Assembly (NCBI GenBank): GCA_013334765.1
Contig: JAAXWW010000001.1
Location: 108,589-172,588 of the forward strand
Source: Candidatus Moraniibacteriota bacterium
Lineage (GTDB): Bacteria > Patescibacteriota > Minisyncoccia > Moranbacterales > UBA2206
Reading direction: 5' to 3'
Length of the DNA: 64,000 bases
The translations under genes and the position numbers were made by a program. The stretch's first letter is position 1; each line of letters opens with the position of its first letter. The notes beneath the pieces were generated by a model that searched no databases, had not been told where the DNA came from, and saw only the letters and a program-made list of their open reading frames with translations. Positions 43,725-54,592 of this stretch are shown piece by piece.

Positions 43725-46670
43725 ATGTTCAAAAAAGTAGACCCGAAACGAACGCTTCCCAAAATGGAAGAGGAAATATTGAAGTTCTGGAACGAGAACA
43801 GGATATTCGAGAAATCCATCGAGAATAGGGAATGCTCACCGCTCTATAGCTTCTATGACGGTCCGCCGTTCGCGACTGGGCTGCCTCACTACGGTCATTT
43901 GGTCGGCAGCACTATGAAAGATGTCGTACCGAGATATTGGACGATGAAAGGATATAAAGTGGAAAGGAAATGGGGATGGGATTGCCATGGCCTTCCGATC
44001 GAGAACATCGCTGAGAAAGGGCTGGGAATCAAAAGGAAGAATGAGATCGAGGAATTGGGCGTTGAAAAATTCAACGAGTTCTGCCGTTCGACGGTTCTTG
44101 AATATGTCGCGGAGTGGAAAGTCATCATCAATCGCCTGGGGCGCTGGGCGGATATGGAAAACAGCTATAAGACGATGGATAAGCCGTTCATGGAATCGGT
44201 CTGGTGGGTTTTCAAGGAACTTTGGGACAAAGGGCTCATATATGAAGGATACCGTTCCATGCATGTCTGCACCCGATGCGAGACGACTTTGTCGCAACAG
44301 GAAGTTTCTGAAGGTTACAAAGACATCAAGGATCTTTCGGCAATCGCAAAATTTGAGTTTGTTGATGAACCGGGAATATATGTTCTTGCTTGGACGACGA
44401 CACCTTGGACGCTGATTGGAAATGTCGCATTAGCTGTCGGGAAAGATATTGATTATGTGAAAATAAGATATAACAACAAAGAAGGTGATCCTGAATTATT
44501 TATTTTGGCAAAAAACATTTATGATGCCAGAAAAGAAGACTTATTTCCGTCAGTTAAGCAACTGTCCGAGGGTGAAGTTCCTCCTGTGCCGCCAGTCATA
44601 ATAGATACTATCCATGGATCGGATCTAGTTGGCAAAAAATACAAACCCCTCTTTGATTATTATCAGGACAAAGGTCTTCAGAACGAAGAGAATGGCTGGA
44701 AAATATATCCGGCTGATTTCGTGACGACCGAAGATGGAACAGGGGTGGTGCATATCGCTCCGGCTTTCGGAGAAGACGATTTGAATTTGAGTTATGAACA
44801 TAAGCTGCCGTTCATCCAGCATGTCGGCATGGACGGGCTCATCAGGAAAGAAGCCGGTGAATTTGCCGGGATGAGCGTGAAACCCCTGGATGATCACATG
44901 AAAACCGACATCGAAATCATCAGATATCTTGCCAAGAACGGGTTGCTTTTTTCCAAAGAGAAATACGAGCATAGCTATCCTCACTGCTGGAGATGCGACA
45001 CTCCTCTCATCAACTATGCGACATCATCCTGGTTCGTGGCTGTCACTAAGATCAAAGAAAAGGCCTTGGAGTTGGCCAAAGAAATAAGCTGGTCGCCGGA
45101 GCATATGAAAGAAGGGCGGTTCGGCAACTGGCTGGAAGGGGCGCGTGACTGGTCGATTTCCCGTCAGCGCTATTGGGCTTCAGTCATGCCGATCTGGAAA
45201 TGCGAATGCGGGGAAATGCGAGTGTTCGGCCGGGTGAGCGATCTGGAAGAGGCGAGCGGACAGAAAGTTGATGATCTTCATAAGCATGTCGTCGATAAGA
45301 TAACCATGCCTTGCGCGAAATGCGGAGGAATAATGAAGCGCATTCCTGACGTTCTTGATACTTGGTTTGATTCCGGATCGATGCCGTATGCCCAGGCTCA
45401 TTATCCGTTTGAAAATGAGGAGAAATTCGAAAAAAGTTTCCCGGCCCAATTCGTTGCGGAAGGCGTCGATCAGACGCGTGCCTGGTTCTATTATCTGCAT
45501 GTCATCGCAACTGGCATCAAGGAAAAAGCCGCATATAAGAATGTCATCGTGAACGGAATAGTTTTAGCGGAAGATGGAAAGAAAATGTCGAAACGTCTTA
45601 AGAATTATCCTGATCCGACTGATATGTTCGATAAGTATGGGGCGGATGCGCTCAGGTTCTATCTGATGTCTTCTCCTGTTGTTGCTGCAGAAAATCTCAA
45701 TTTCAAAGAAGCGGATGTGTCCGATCTTGTGCGCGGGATGTTCCGCATGCTCTGGAATTCATATTCATTCTTCGCGCTCTATGCCGATATCGATGGCTGG
45801 GATCCAAAGAGGAATCGGCTTGAACCTGTTCATCTCTTGGATAAATGGATGTTGTCAGAGCACAATGTCCTCGTTCGTGACGTGAATAGGCACATGGAGA
45901 ATTATGAACTGCACAGAGCTTCCAGGCTGTTCGTGAAATTCATCGACAACCTGTCCAACTGGTATATCCGCCGCTCAAGGAAGCGCTTCTGGAAGAGCGA
46001 GAATGATGATGACAAGAATCAGGCCTATGCGACGCTCTATCATGTCCTTGTCGAGCTTTCCAAACTGATGGCTCCGTTCACGCCGTTCATTGCTGAAGAG
46101 ATATACAAGAACCTGACCCAGGGGGAATCGGTGCATCTCGAAGATTTTCCGCAGGCCGACGCTTCTGCGATAGATGAGAAGCTGAATCAGGAGATGGCTA
46201 AGGTCAGGGAGGTGATCAGCGAGGGATTGCAGTTGCGCGCCAAGGCAAAGATAAAAGTCAGGCAGCCGCTTCAAGCGGTTATCGTCAAGAACGAGGTATC
46301 CAATAGCGAACTGGTAGAAATAATCAAGGACGAGCTGAACGTCAAAGATGTCGTCGTGAAAAAAGACCAGGAAGAAGAGATTGTCTTGAACACTGAAATC
46401 ACTGAGGATTTGAAACTCGAAGGTCAGGCTCGCGAGATCGTCCGCGCTGTCCAGGAGATGAGAAAAGAAGCTGACTATGTTGTCGACAACCGGATCGAAA
46501 TCGCCTATGATTCAGCTTCGCCGATATTTTCAAATCCGGAGCTCAAAGAGCTCATCAAGAAAGAAACCCTTGCCAACAAGCTGGAAGAGGGGGGCATGGA
46601 AAATCCGGATATCCGAAAAGAACTGAATATCGATGGAGAAAAGATTTCCATCTCGATAAGAAAAGCATAA
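43725..46670 (+). CDS. ileS: Isoleucyl-tRNA synthetase
   Basis: 'PFATGLPHYGHL' (HIGH), 'KMSKRLKN' (KMSKS), CP1 editing domain; 981 aa. Confidence 0.9.
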   Translation: MFKKVDPKRTLPKMEEEILKFWNENRIFEKSIENRECSPLYSFYDGPPFATGLPHYGHLVGSTMKDVVPRYWTMKGYKVERKWGWDCHGLPIENIAEKGLGIKRKNEIEELGVEKFNEFCRSTVLEYVAEWKVIINRLGRWADMENSYKTMDKPFMESVWWVFKELWDKGLIYEGYRSMHVCTRCETTLSQQEVSEGYKDIKDLSAIAKFEFVDEPGIYVLAWTTTPWTLIGNVALAVGKDIDYVKIRYNNKEGDPELFILAKNIYDARKEDLFPSVKQLSEGEVPPVPPVIIDTIHGSDLVGKKYKPLFDYYQDKGLQNEENGWKIYPADFVTTEDGTGVVHIAPAFGEDDLNLSYEHKLPFIQHVGMDGLIRKEAGEFAGMSVKPLDDHMKTDIEIIRYLAKNGLLFSKEKYEHSYPHCWRCDTPLINYATSSWFVAVTKIKEKALELAKEISWSPEHMKEGRFGNWLEGARDWSISRQRYWASVMPIWKCECGEMRVFGRVSDLEEASGQKVDDLHKHVVDKITMPCAKCGGIMKRIPDVLDTWFDSGSMPYAQAHYPFENEEKFEKSFPAQFVAEGVDQTRAWFYYLHVIATGIKEKAAYKNVIVNGIVLAEDGKKMSKRLKNYPDPTDMFDKYGADALRFYLMSSPVVAAENLNFKEADVSDLVRGMFRMLWNSYSFFALYADIDGWDPKRNRLEPVHLLDKWMLSEHNVLVRDVNRHMENYELHRASRLFVKFIDNLSNWYIRRSRKRFWKSENDDDKNQAYATLYHVLVELSKLMAPFTPFIAEEIYKNLTQGESVHLEDFPQADASAIDEKLNQEMAKVREVISEGLQLRAKAKIKVRQPLQAVIVKNEVSNSELVEIIKDELNVKDVVVKKDQEEEIVLNTEITEDLKLEGQAREIVRAVQEMRKEADYVVDNRIEIAYDSASPIFSNPELKELIKKETLANKLEEGGMENPDIRKELNIDGEKISISIRKA

Positions 46671-46691
46671 GCATTCCGTATTGAAGATAAA

Positions 46692-46719
46692 AAACAGAAG
46701 CCAGGCTTCTGTTTTTTTG
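46692..46719 (+). terminator. Rho-independent terminator after ileS
   Basis: aacagaagcc-agg-cttctgtt followed by TTTTTT. Confidence 0.65.
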
Positions 46720-46757
46720 TACTCTTTTGAGAGCATTCAGGATGCTGTATAATTGAG

Positions 46758-46997
46758 ATGGCTCATTTATTGAATTCAAAGGAGGTCCTTATGTCAGAAT
46801 ATAAGGAAGAAGGGGCGGTTTCTTCTGATGCTGAAAAGCTGGAGGAAAAGGTGGCAGATGCCTGGAGAGCGTTTCAGCAAGCTATCGTTCCTGACGGCAG
46901 CGATGAGGCGATGGCCAAAAAGCAGAAGCAGCTTTTTCTCAGGTATCAGGAACTAAGGAGACAGCTGGATGACAAGAGCAGCGCAATAGCTGCCTAG
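46758..46997 (+). CDS. Small hypothetical protein (79 aa)
   Basis: ORF followed by a GC hairpin ggggcgacg...cgtcgcccc. Confidence 0.3.
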   Translation: MAHLLNSKEVLMSEYKEEGAVSSDAEKLEEKVADAWRAFQQAIVPDGSDEAMAKKQKQLFLRYQELRRQLDDKSSAIAA

Positions 46998-47143
46998 AGC
47001 CAGCCTTCCCAATGAAAGGGGCGACGCAACGATCGTCGCCCCTACAAATTATTTGCATAGAATGGAAAAACGTGCTATAATGCATCTGTAGATGGCTCAG
47101 GAGAGCCTAAATCAACGGGTAAAGACCCGTTTTTTATTTTTTT

Positions 47144-47986
47144 ATGGACACATTCAAATCAGAATTGCAGAAGAACAAGCATATCATCCATATATTGGCG
47201 ATGGCTTCTTTGTTCGCTCTTTTCATGTTCATCCACTTCGCCTCAGCTTCTGAAATAACCGCCGATAACGTCATCAGGCTGGTCAATGAATCCAGGGAAA
47301 AGGAAGGGCTGCCCGGCTTGAGAGTCAGCGAGATCCTGTCGGACATCGCCAAAGACAAGGCGGATGACATGGTCAGCAATCACTATTTCGCTCACACGTC
47401 GCCGCAGGGAATCACGCCCTGGTATTGGTTCGGGAAGAATCAATACGATTATCGTTATGCCGGAGAGAACCTGGCTATAAACTTCACGAACTCGGAAGAC
47501 GAACAGGAGGCCTGGATGAACAGCCCGACGCACAGGAAGAATATCCTCAATCCTAATTACAAGGAAATAGGAGTAGCGATCGCGGTCGACAAAGTGGATG
47601 GGAAAGAGTCCCTGATAGTGGTGCAGGAATTCGGAGCCTTGATCGGTTCATCCGAAACCGGAGCCAAGAAAGAGGAGAATGCCGCGAGCGACCCGGCAAG
47701 CAAAGAAGCAGGAGCGATGCCGGCAATACTTTCTATCGATAATATCAATGGTCCGACTGATTCCGAGGGCAAGAATGATGGTTTATTGTCGGGCAATCAA
47801 TCCGGTGAGATAGGATCGCAAGGCATGATGATCGAACTTCTCGATATCGCCATCATCTGCCTTATCTTTGCCTTATTCATTTCGATCCCGGCGGTTTTTG
47901 TTGAGAAGTCATGGAAGGATATCCTTGCTGTCATGAATGAGCAGCGGAGGTATCGCCTTAATAGGAATATCGAACAGTTCAAATAG
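47144..47986 (+). CDS. CAP/SCP/PR-1 (YkwD-like) domain protein with N- and C-terminal TM segments
   Basis: 'HYFAHTSPQG...GENLA...EAWMNSPTHRKNIL' CAP signature; 280 aa. Confidence 0.7.
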   Translation: MDTFKSELQKNKHIIHILAMASLFALFMFIHFASASEITADNVIRLVNESREKEGLPGLRVSEILSDIAKDKADDMVSNHYFAHTSPQGITPWYWFGKNQYDYRYAGENLAINFTNSEDEQEAWMNSPTHRKNILNPNYKEIGVAIAVDKVDGKESLIVVQEFGALIGSSETGAKKEENAASDPASKEAGAMPAILSIDNINGPTDSEGKNDGLLSGNQSGEIGSQGMMIELLDIAIICLIFALFISIPAVFVEKSWKDILAVMNEQRRYRLNRNIEQFK

Positions 47987-48110
47987 GAAAAACAAAAATA
48001 AAAACAGAATAAAAAACAAAAAATCCCGCGAAAGCGAGACAAAAAAGATCAAAGACAAGTTTCCTTGTCTTTCCCACATGGATTTTTTTCCAAGGGAATC
48101 AGATAGAAAA

Positions 48111-48141
48111 TACCTCGGCAATTATTGCCGGGGTATTTTTG
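48111..48141 (+). terminator. Rho-independent terminator
   Basis: tacctcggcaat-tat-tgccggggta followed by TTTTT. Confidence 0.55.
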
Positions 48142-48169
48142 TTATCCGCTATTATGCTAGTATTGGGGT

Positions 48170-48889
48170 ATGGAAATGAAATATTCAGGAATCATTATCG
48201 GCAAGAGGGACGTTCGGGAAGTCGACCGACTGTATGTCGTCTATACCTTGGAACAGGGGAGGCTCAGTATGCTTGGAAAAGGCGTCAGGAAAGCAAGCGC
48301 CAAGCTGGCGGGAAATCTTGAAACGCTGAGCCATGTCGAGATATACATGTCCAAGGGGCGCGGGCAGGGGAATATTACTGGAGCGATAGCTTTGGACAGC
48401 TTCCTTTCGCTTAAGGCGGATTTTTCAGCGCTGGGGCGCGTTTTTTATGCTGTTTCGTATTTCAACAAATTCATAACCCAGGAAGAGAAAGATGAGAAAA
48501 GCTTCGAATTCCTGCTGGAATATCTGAGGGTCATGGACGCGCTGGCTGCAAGCGGGAAGGGAGAGAGAAAATATGACGCGGTGACTTTCGGTTTCCTTTT
48601 CAAGTTCCTGGAAAATGTGGGTTACGGTATCGACGCTAATTTCTGTTCTGTCTGCGAAGGGAAGATAACAGGCGGCGGAAACTATTTCAGTGCCAAGCGG
48701 GGCGGGATAATCTGCGGCAATTGCAGGAGACAGGAAGGAGGAACAGTCAGGATCGATGATCATTCAGTGAAGCTTATCCGCATTTTCTATAAAAACAGGA
48801 TAGCCAGCCTTTCAAAGCTGGAAGTCAGCAGGCGGGATATTTCCAATCTGAAGATAGTTTTCCAGGAATTCGCGAACTGGATAAAGTGA
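48170..48889 (+). CDS. recO: DNA repair protein RecO
   Basis: N-terminal OB fold 'GIIIGKRDVREVDRLYVVYT', C-terminal zinc motif 'CSVCEGK...CGNC'. Confidence 0.75.
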   Translation: MEMKYSGIIIGKRDVREVDRLYVVYTLEQGRLSMLGKGVRKASAKLAGNLETLSHVEIYMSKGRGQGNITGAIALDSFLSLKADFSALGRVFYAVSYFNKFITQEEKDEKSFEFLLEYLRVMDALAASGKGERKYDAVTFGFLFKFLENVGYGIDANFCSVCEGKITGGGNYFSAKRGGIICGNCRRQEGGTVRIDDHSVKLIRIFYKNRIASLSKLEVSRRDISNLKIVFQEFANWIK

Positions 48890-49007
48890 TAGCAGATGTT
48901 TCGGCATGCCTGTCCGGTTGTTAGTATTCGGATAGTTTGGTATTATTGAGCTGAACAGCTGCCTCAAATGTCAGGCGGTCGCTAAACATAAAAACAATCA
49001 CAAAAAA

Positions 49008-50912
49008 ATGTCACTTTCGGAAATAAAGAAGAAGCTTTATCAGAAAAACGCGGAAGAAAACCTTGCGCGTCATGACGAAAGCGAATATGACGCCAGGATC
49101 GCTAGCGGAACGATAAATAGCGGAGAGCCTGGAGACGCCTGGGAAAAGAAAAAGGATTGGTTCGGAACCGAAGAAAAGAAAGCGTCAAAAGTCGGCATAG
49201 TGGCCTTGTCCATAGTGCTTGGCATTATCGCGATCATGGTTATCGGATATCTCGTCATGAGCGCTCTTTTCAAGACTGAGCGGGTGACGGTTTCCATCAA
49301 CGGGACAAGCGAGGCAAAAAGCGGAAACCTTATCACCTATGAGATAGGCTATAGCAATGACAACTTCGTCGATATCAAGAACGCGACTCTCAGGCTCACG
49401 TATCCGGCGGATATCCGCCCGGAAAGCAACCCTGATTTCGTGACTAGCGAGATGACTACCGGAACTTTCAATATCGGAACGATAAAATCACACGGTTCAG
49501 GGAAGATAACTTTCAATGTAAGGACATATAATCCCAAGGGCGCGCTGGTGTATCTGAAAACCGATCTGGCGTATACGCCTTTCTCTATCGGAGGGCAGTC
49601 AGTCGCCAGCAATCAGCTCGGCATCAATATCGTCACTTCGCCCATAAGCATCGAGGTCGCCGCTCCGCAGAGCGTTTCTTCGGGGGACCAGGTCGATTAT
49701 CAGATAATATACAAGAACACTTCCCAGGAGGAATCGAATGGGATAAGGATCCGCTTGGAATATCCTGACGGGTTCGCTTTCACAGGCTCCGATCCTAAAG
49801 TGTTCGAGGGTGGCAATGTCTGGTATATCGGGACGCTTGCTCCTGGTCAATCCGGGAAAATAGTTGCCAGCGGGAAATTGGAAGGGGTCCAGGGCGACAA
49901 CAAGCAGGTCAAAGCGACTGTCGGAATCGTTGAGAACAGCCGATTCATAAGCTATAACGAAGAGGACGCGGATACGAAGATCGCTTCTTCCCCTTTCGTG
50001 ATCTCGCAGACGGTCAATGGGCGTTCGAAGCTGTCGGTTAATGCCAAGGATAGCTTGAGCTTCGAAATAAACTATAAGAACACAGGCACGATAGGGCTTC
50101 GGGATGCTATCGTCAAGGAATATCTGGATAGCCCGGTTCTGGATTATTCGCTGCTGGATCTCAAGGGCAAAGGGGTTTATGACGATTCGAAGAAGACGAT
50201 CACTTGGAAAGCTTCCGATTTCCCGGAGCTTGCCAATGTGCTTCCGGGACAAGGCGGAAAGATACAGTTCTCTATCCGGGTCAAGGAAACCATTCCGATT
50301 GCCGGCAACAATGACAAGAATTTCATCATTTCAAGCCTTGCGAAAATAGACAGTCCGGATGTTCCGACATCGATCAACGCCAACAAGGTCATCGCGGGGA
50401 ACAGGATGGATATGCGGCTTAACTCCAAGCTGGTGCTGGATGTGAAAGCTTATTATAACGATCCGAATATTCCCAACTCCGGTCCGATTCCTCCCAAAGT
50501 AGGTCAAGAGACGACATATACGGTCCATCTTATTGCTAGCAATATTTCTAACGACGTCGAGGGCGCCAAAGTCGAGGCCGTCCTTCCGACTGGCGCAACC
50601 ATGACGGGAGCTATATTCCCACAGGACGCAAGCCTCAAATATAACGAGAGGACCAACTCCCTAGTTTGGGACATGGGGAATATTCCGTCTGGAACCGGCG
50701 TCCTGACTGTGCCGCAGGAAGTGTCTTTTCAAGTGAGGATAAAGCCGTCGCTTGATCAGGTCAGGAAAGAGGCGATTCTTATGGAACGGGCGGCTTTCAG
50801 CGCTAAGGACACCTTTACAGGAGAAAATTTATCCGTTAATATCTATCAGAAGACAACAGTGCTGACGGAGGATACTTCTGTTCCTAGCTCGGCGTATAGG
50901 GTGGTGAATTAA
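49008..50912 (+). CDS. Membrane-anchored surface protein with repeated DUF11-like beta-sandwich domains
   Basis: N-terminal TM (residues about 60-85) followed by repeated 'G..V.Y.I.Y.N.G' segments; 634 aa. Confidence 0.55.
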   Translation: MSLSEIKKKLYQKNAEENLARHDESEYDARIASGTINSGEPGDAWEKKKDWFGTEEKKASKVGIVALSIVLGIIAIMVIGYLVMSALFKTERVTVSINGTSEAKSGNLITYEIGYSNDNFVDIKNATLRLTYPADIRPESNPDFVTSEMTTGTFNIGTIKSHGSGKITFNVRTYNPKGALVYLKTDLAYTPFSIGGQSVASNQLGINIVTSPISIEVAAPQSVSSGDQVDYQIIYKNTSQEESNGIRIRLEYPDGFAFTGSDPKVFEGGNVWYIGTLAPGQSGKIVASGKLEGVQGDNKQVKATVGIVENSRFISYNEEDADTKIASSPFVISQTVNGRSKLSVNAKDSLSFEINYKNTGTIGLRDAIVKEYLDSPVLDYSLLDLKGKGVYDDSKKTITWKASDFPELANVLPGQGGKIQFSIRVKETIPIAGNNDKNFIISSLAKIDSPDVPTSINANKVIAGNRMDMRLNSKLVLDVKAYYNDPNIPNSGPIPPKVGQETTYTVHLIASNISNDVEGAKVEAVLPTGATMTGAIFPQDASLKYNERTNSLVWDMGNIPSGTGVLTVPQEVSFQVRIKPSLDQVRKEAILMERAAFSAKDTFTGENLSVNIYQKTTVLTEDTSVPSSAYRVVN

Positions 50913-50913
50913 G

Positions 50914-52026
50914 ATGATAGAAATAACGAAAAAGGAAAAAAACAGCAGATCGCTGACTTTTAAGACGAAGAGCGGAGTAATCAATACTCCGTTTTTTATG
51001 CCTGACGCGACGCGCGGATTCGTGAAGTCGATGGGATTGGACGATCTTCGCGGTGTCGGGATGGGTCCGATGGTAGTGAACACATATCATCTCTATCTCC
51101 AACCGGGAATGGAGCTTGTGAAGGAAGCTGGCGGGGTGCATAAGCTCATGAATTGGGACAAGCCGCTCCTTTCCGACTCGGGCGGGTATCAGGTGTTTTC
51201 GCTGATCCACAAGAATCCGAAGATGGGTAAGGTCACCGAAGACGAGGTCATTTTCAAGTCGCCGCTCGACGGTTCGATGCACAGGATCACTCCGGAAAAG
51301 GCGATCGAGATCCAATTCGATCTGGGAGTGGATATGATGGTATGCTTGGATGACCCTTGTCCGAATGATTATCCTAAGGAGAAAATCGCGGCGGCAGTCG
51401 AGCGGACCATCCGCTGGGGCAGGAGATGCAAGGATGAATACGCGAGGCAGATTGCGGCGAGGAATATTCCCGAAGAGAACCGCCCGCTCATTTTCGGCGT
51501 CATTCAAGGCGGGGAATATCTGGATCTCAGGAAACGCTGCGCGGATGGATTGGCCCAAATCGGTTTCGACGGCTATGGTTTCGGGGCGCGGCATGTGGAT
51601 TCGGATGGCAATTTCTTGAGCGAGGTTCTGGAATATACGGCGAGCATCATCCCTGAAAATGCTCTCCGCTTCGCGTTGGGAATCGGGACGCCGTCGGATA
51701 TCGTGAAATGCCATTCGTTCGGTTGGGATATGTTCGACTGTGTCATTCCGACGCGCGAGGGGCGTCATGGCAAGCTTTTCGTCTGGAAAAGGGACGCTGA
51801 TATCCATAGCGGTTCTTTCTATGAGACAGTGAACATGAACAATGAAAAGTTCCGGCATGACTTTTCTCCGGTGGACGCGGATTGCGAGTGCGAGCTTTGC
51901 AGGAATTATTCCCGCGGCTATCTCCAGCATCTTTTCAGAATGAAGGAACCGCTTGGGATGCGCCTTTCCGCGATCCATAACCTGAAGTTCTATATGGAGT
52001 TGATGGAGAAACTGAGAGCGTCTTAG
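50914..52026 (+). CDS. tgt: Queuine tRNA-ribosyltransferase
   Basis: 'FMPDATRG', 'LSDSGGYQVFSL', zinc site 'CECELC...H'. Confidence 0.85.
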   Translation: MIEITKKEKNSRSLTFKTKSGVINTPFFMPDATRGFVKSMGLDDLRGVGMGPMVVNTYHLYLQPGMELVKEAGGVHKLMNWDKPLLSDSGGYQVFSLIHKNPKMGKVTEDEVIFKSPLDGSMHRITPEKAIEIQFDLGVDMMVCLDDPCPNDYPKEKIAAAVERTIRWGRRCKDEYARQIAARNIPEENRPLIFGVIQGGEYLDLRKRCADGLAQIGFDGYGFGARHVDSDGNFLSEVLEYTASIIPENALRFALGIGTPSDIVKCHSFGWDMFDCVIPTREGRHGKLFVWKRDADIHSGSFYETVNMNNEKFRHDFSPVDADCECELCRNYSRGYLQHLFRMKEPLGMRLSAIHNLKFYMELMEKLRAS

Positions 52027-52044
52027 GAGTCATAGTTTATTTTT

Positions 52045-52212
52045 TGTCATTTCGAGCGAAGTTATTTTATCCCGCTTTGCGGGATAAAATAACGCAGTCG
52101 AGAGATCTGCTTTCTAATATTTTCTGTATATGTTTATTGCCAGATCCCTGCGCCACCGCTAGAGCTAAGGCGGCACGTGGTCGACTTCGCTCCGCTACGC
52201 TCGGGATGACAT
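52045..52212. repeat. MITE-like palindromic element, copy D (between tgt and the U32 peptidase gene)
   Basis: tgtcatttcgagcg...[perfect hairpin ttattttatcccgctttgcgggataaaataa]...cagtcgagagatctg...gctaaggcggcacgtggtcgacttcgctccgctacgctcgggatgacat. Confidence 0.6.
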
Positions 52213-52216
52213 TATT

Positions 52217-53494
52217 TTGAATAGGGTTAATTTTATGAAAAGTAAAATCGAACTGCTGGCTCCGGCGGGGAGCCTGCAAAAACTCAAATACGCCATTTCA
52301 TTCGGGGCGGACGCTATCTATTGCGGCATGCCTGATTTTTCTTTGCGCGTGAGGATCAATAAATTTTCGAAAGAGGATCTTGAAGAAGCGGTGAAATATG
52401 TTCATGAACGCGGAAAGAAGATATACGTGACGCTCAATATCTATGCGCACAATTCGCATCTGGAAAAAATCAAAGAGCACCTCGGATATCTGAATGGGCT
52501 TGGGATTGACGCTATCATCGTAAGCGATCCGGGGATCATAATGCTTATCAAGAAATATTGTCCCGGCGTGGAAATCCACCTTTCGACGCAAGCCAATGCG
52601 ACCAATTATGAGGCGGTGGAGTTTTGGAAAAGCCAGGGGGTGAGCCGGGTGATTTTGGCGCGCGAGGCAAGCTTGCCTGAAATAAAGGAAATAAGCGAGA
52701 AAGTCGAAGGAATCGAGCTTGAGACTTTCGTTCATGGAGCGATGTGCATGAGCTATTCAGGCCGTTGCATCCTGTCGAAGTGGGTGACGGGACGGAGCGG
52801 AAATCTGGGGGATTGTTCGCAGCCGTGCCGCTGGGCCTATCATGAAGTTCAGAATATGGGGCACGGAGAAAAGGAAATAAGCCTTGTTGATGATCAGAAC
52901 AGATTCGGGATGGATGTCGAAGAAGACAGACACGGGACATATATGTTCAACAGTTATGACATGAACCTTATTGAACACGTTGGAGAAGTTATCGATTCCG
53001 GGATAACGTCGCTCAAAATCGAAGGCCGCGCCAAGAGCGCCTATTATCTGGCTGTCGTCGTGCGAGCATATAGGCGCGTTATCGATGCGATCGAAAACGG
53101 AGCCACCACCGAAGAGCTTGCCGGTATAGTCGCTGAACAGAAGGCGGAATTGGATAATCTAGCGCATAGGGGATATTCGACTGGATTCCTGCTCGGAGAA
53201 GAACCGACGCATAATTTCGAGAACAAGCTGAATAAAGGAAACTTTGAATTTGTCGGTGAAGTGGAAGGCACTCAAGGAAAAGCCAATATTATCCGCGCTC
53301 ATAATCATTTTTCAATTGATGACAGCTTGGAAGCGATTACGCCTCTGGGGAATATTCCTGTCAGGATAGTGAGGATCATTGATATGAACGGAAATAAGGT
53401 GAGCAATGCCAACGGAGGGCACGAGGGGAGATATGCAGTGGAGCTTGATAGGGTTTTGGAAGAGTGGAGTTTGTTGAGGAATAAATTTAATTAG
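52217..53494 (+). CDS. Peptidase U32 family protein (collagenase-like / RlhA-type)
   Basis: 'ELLAPAGSLQKLKYAISFGADAIYCG' N-terminus and 'E.EGRAKS.YY' motif. Confidence 0.75.
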   Translation: MNRVNFMKSKIELLAPAGSLQKLKYAISFGADAIYCGMPDFSLRVRINKFSKEDLEEAVKYVHERGKKIYVTLNIYAHNSHLEKIKEHLGYLNGLGIDAIIVSDPGIIMLIKKYCPGVEIHLSTQANATNYEAVEFWKSQGVSRVILAREASLPEIKEISEKVEGIELETFVHGAMCMSYSGRCILSKWVTGRSGNLGDCSQPCRWAYHEVQNMGHGEKEISLVDDQNRFGMDVEEDRHGTYMFNSYDMNLIEHVGEVIDSGITSLKIEGRAKSAYYLAVVVRAYRRVIDAIENGATTEELAGIVAEQKAELDNLAHRGYSTGFLLGEEPTHNFENKLNKGNFEFVGEVEGTQGKANIIRAHNHFSIDDSLEAITPLGNIPVRIVRIIDMNGNKVSNANGGHEGRYAVELDRVLEEWSLLRNKFN

Positions 53495-53633
53495 AAGATT
53501 TTAGATAGTACATTTCTTTATTTTTTCTTTATCTCTCTTCTGCTAGAATTTTTAAAGAGATGGGTCAGGGGGGGGTGAACTGCCGCCTGGTTTTTATGCA
53601 GCTATGTCATACTAAATTATCAAGCAAAATTTT

Positions 53634-54356
53634 ATGAATAGGAAAAAACTTGCTTTGGTCAGTATTGTAATTGCCGGAATCTTCGTTTTTTATTTTTGTG
53701 TCATTGAGATCGGAACAAAAAGCCATGATGCGCAAGTGGAAATCGAAGGAGCGGATAATTCTGAAAGTGAGAAGGAAGAAAACGCTGGCAGGGAGTTTGC
53801 GGAAAATGGAAAAGGAGGAGCTGACCTAGGGAACAATTATAAGCTGTATAAGGGCAGGATATATTATTGGAATGACGGTTCTCCCCAGGCGCCCTCATCG
53901 ATGTCCGAAATAGATGCGGATCCTGCCAGTTTCGTTTCGTTTTCAAGCGCATACTGCGTTAAAAATGCTGATTGTGCGGGATATGGAAAGGACAATGAAA
54001 AAGTTTTTATCAATGATTTTGAAATTGTAGGTGCCGATCCTGGCACATTCGTTCTTATGGGTACTGATCCGGGACTATACGGATATAGCAAAGATAAAGA
54101 TAGAGTCTATGTTGACAATAGCCCCGTGGACAATGCTGATCCGAATTCGTTCAAGGTATTGGGAGGATGCTATGGTTCGGATTACAGGGCTGTTTATTGT
54201 GACAGGAATGAAATGGGGAGTGCTGATGCGAAAACATTCACCGTTATTGATTCCAATAGAGGAATCGCGAAGGATAAGAATGGATTTTTTTTGAGAGGCG
54301 AAAGAGTCAGTCCGTCGAATTATGATAGTTATGGGATAAGCAAGTATCTTAAGTAG
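53634..54356 (+). CDS. Membrane-anchored DKNYY-repeat protein
   Basis: N-terminal TM; repeated 'GADP.TF..LG..YSKDKDRVY' units. Confidence 0.5.
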   Translation: MNRKKLALVSIVIAGIFVFYFCVIEIGTKSHDAQVEIEGADNSESEKEENAGREFAENGKGGADLGNNYKLYKGRIYYWNDGSPQAPSSMSEIDADPASFVSFSSAYCVKNADCAGYGKDNEKVFINDFEIVGADPGTFVLMGTDPGLYGYSKDKDRVYVDNSPVDNADPNSFKVLGGCYGSDYRAVYCDRNEMGSADAKTFTVIDSNRGIAKDKNGFFLRGERVSPSNYDSYGISKYLK

Positions 54357-54592
54357 CTTTTTTTATACTTATTGTTTTGATTCAAACCTGTCGGACGGGG
54401 TTGCTTGTTGTTGGTTTAGAAAAGAATTGCTGTTGAAAATATCTTTAAGAAAATTTTATCTGAGTTGTTTAGAATATAAAGGTAGAACCTTAACAATTAA
54501 AAACAAAAGGAAGGATTAATGGGTATCTGAACGAGGTAGATTCTTAGGGAGGTTTCTATTTCGGTTAATAGGTAACCAAAAGGAGTGGCTAA

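Noticed and set aside
47990-48100. Poly-A-rich tract with small ORFs (47937-48179 +, 47797-48121 -) after the CAP gene
   Set aside because: Lys/Asn-rich translations of A-rich DNA without start context; most likely non-coding 3' UTR and terminator region.
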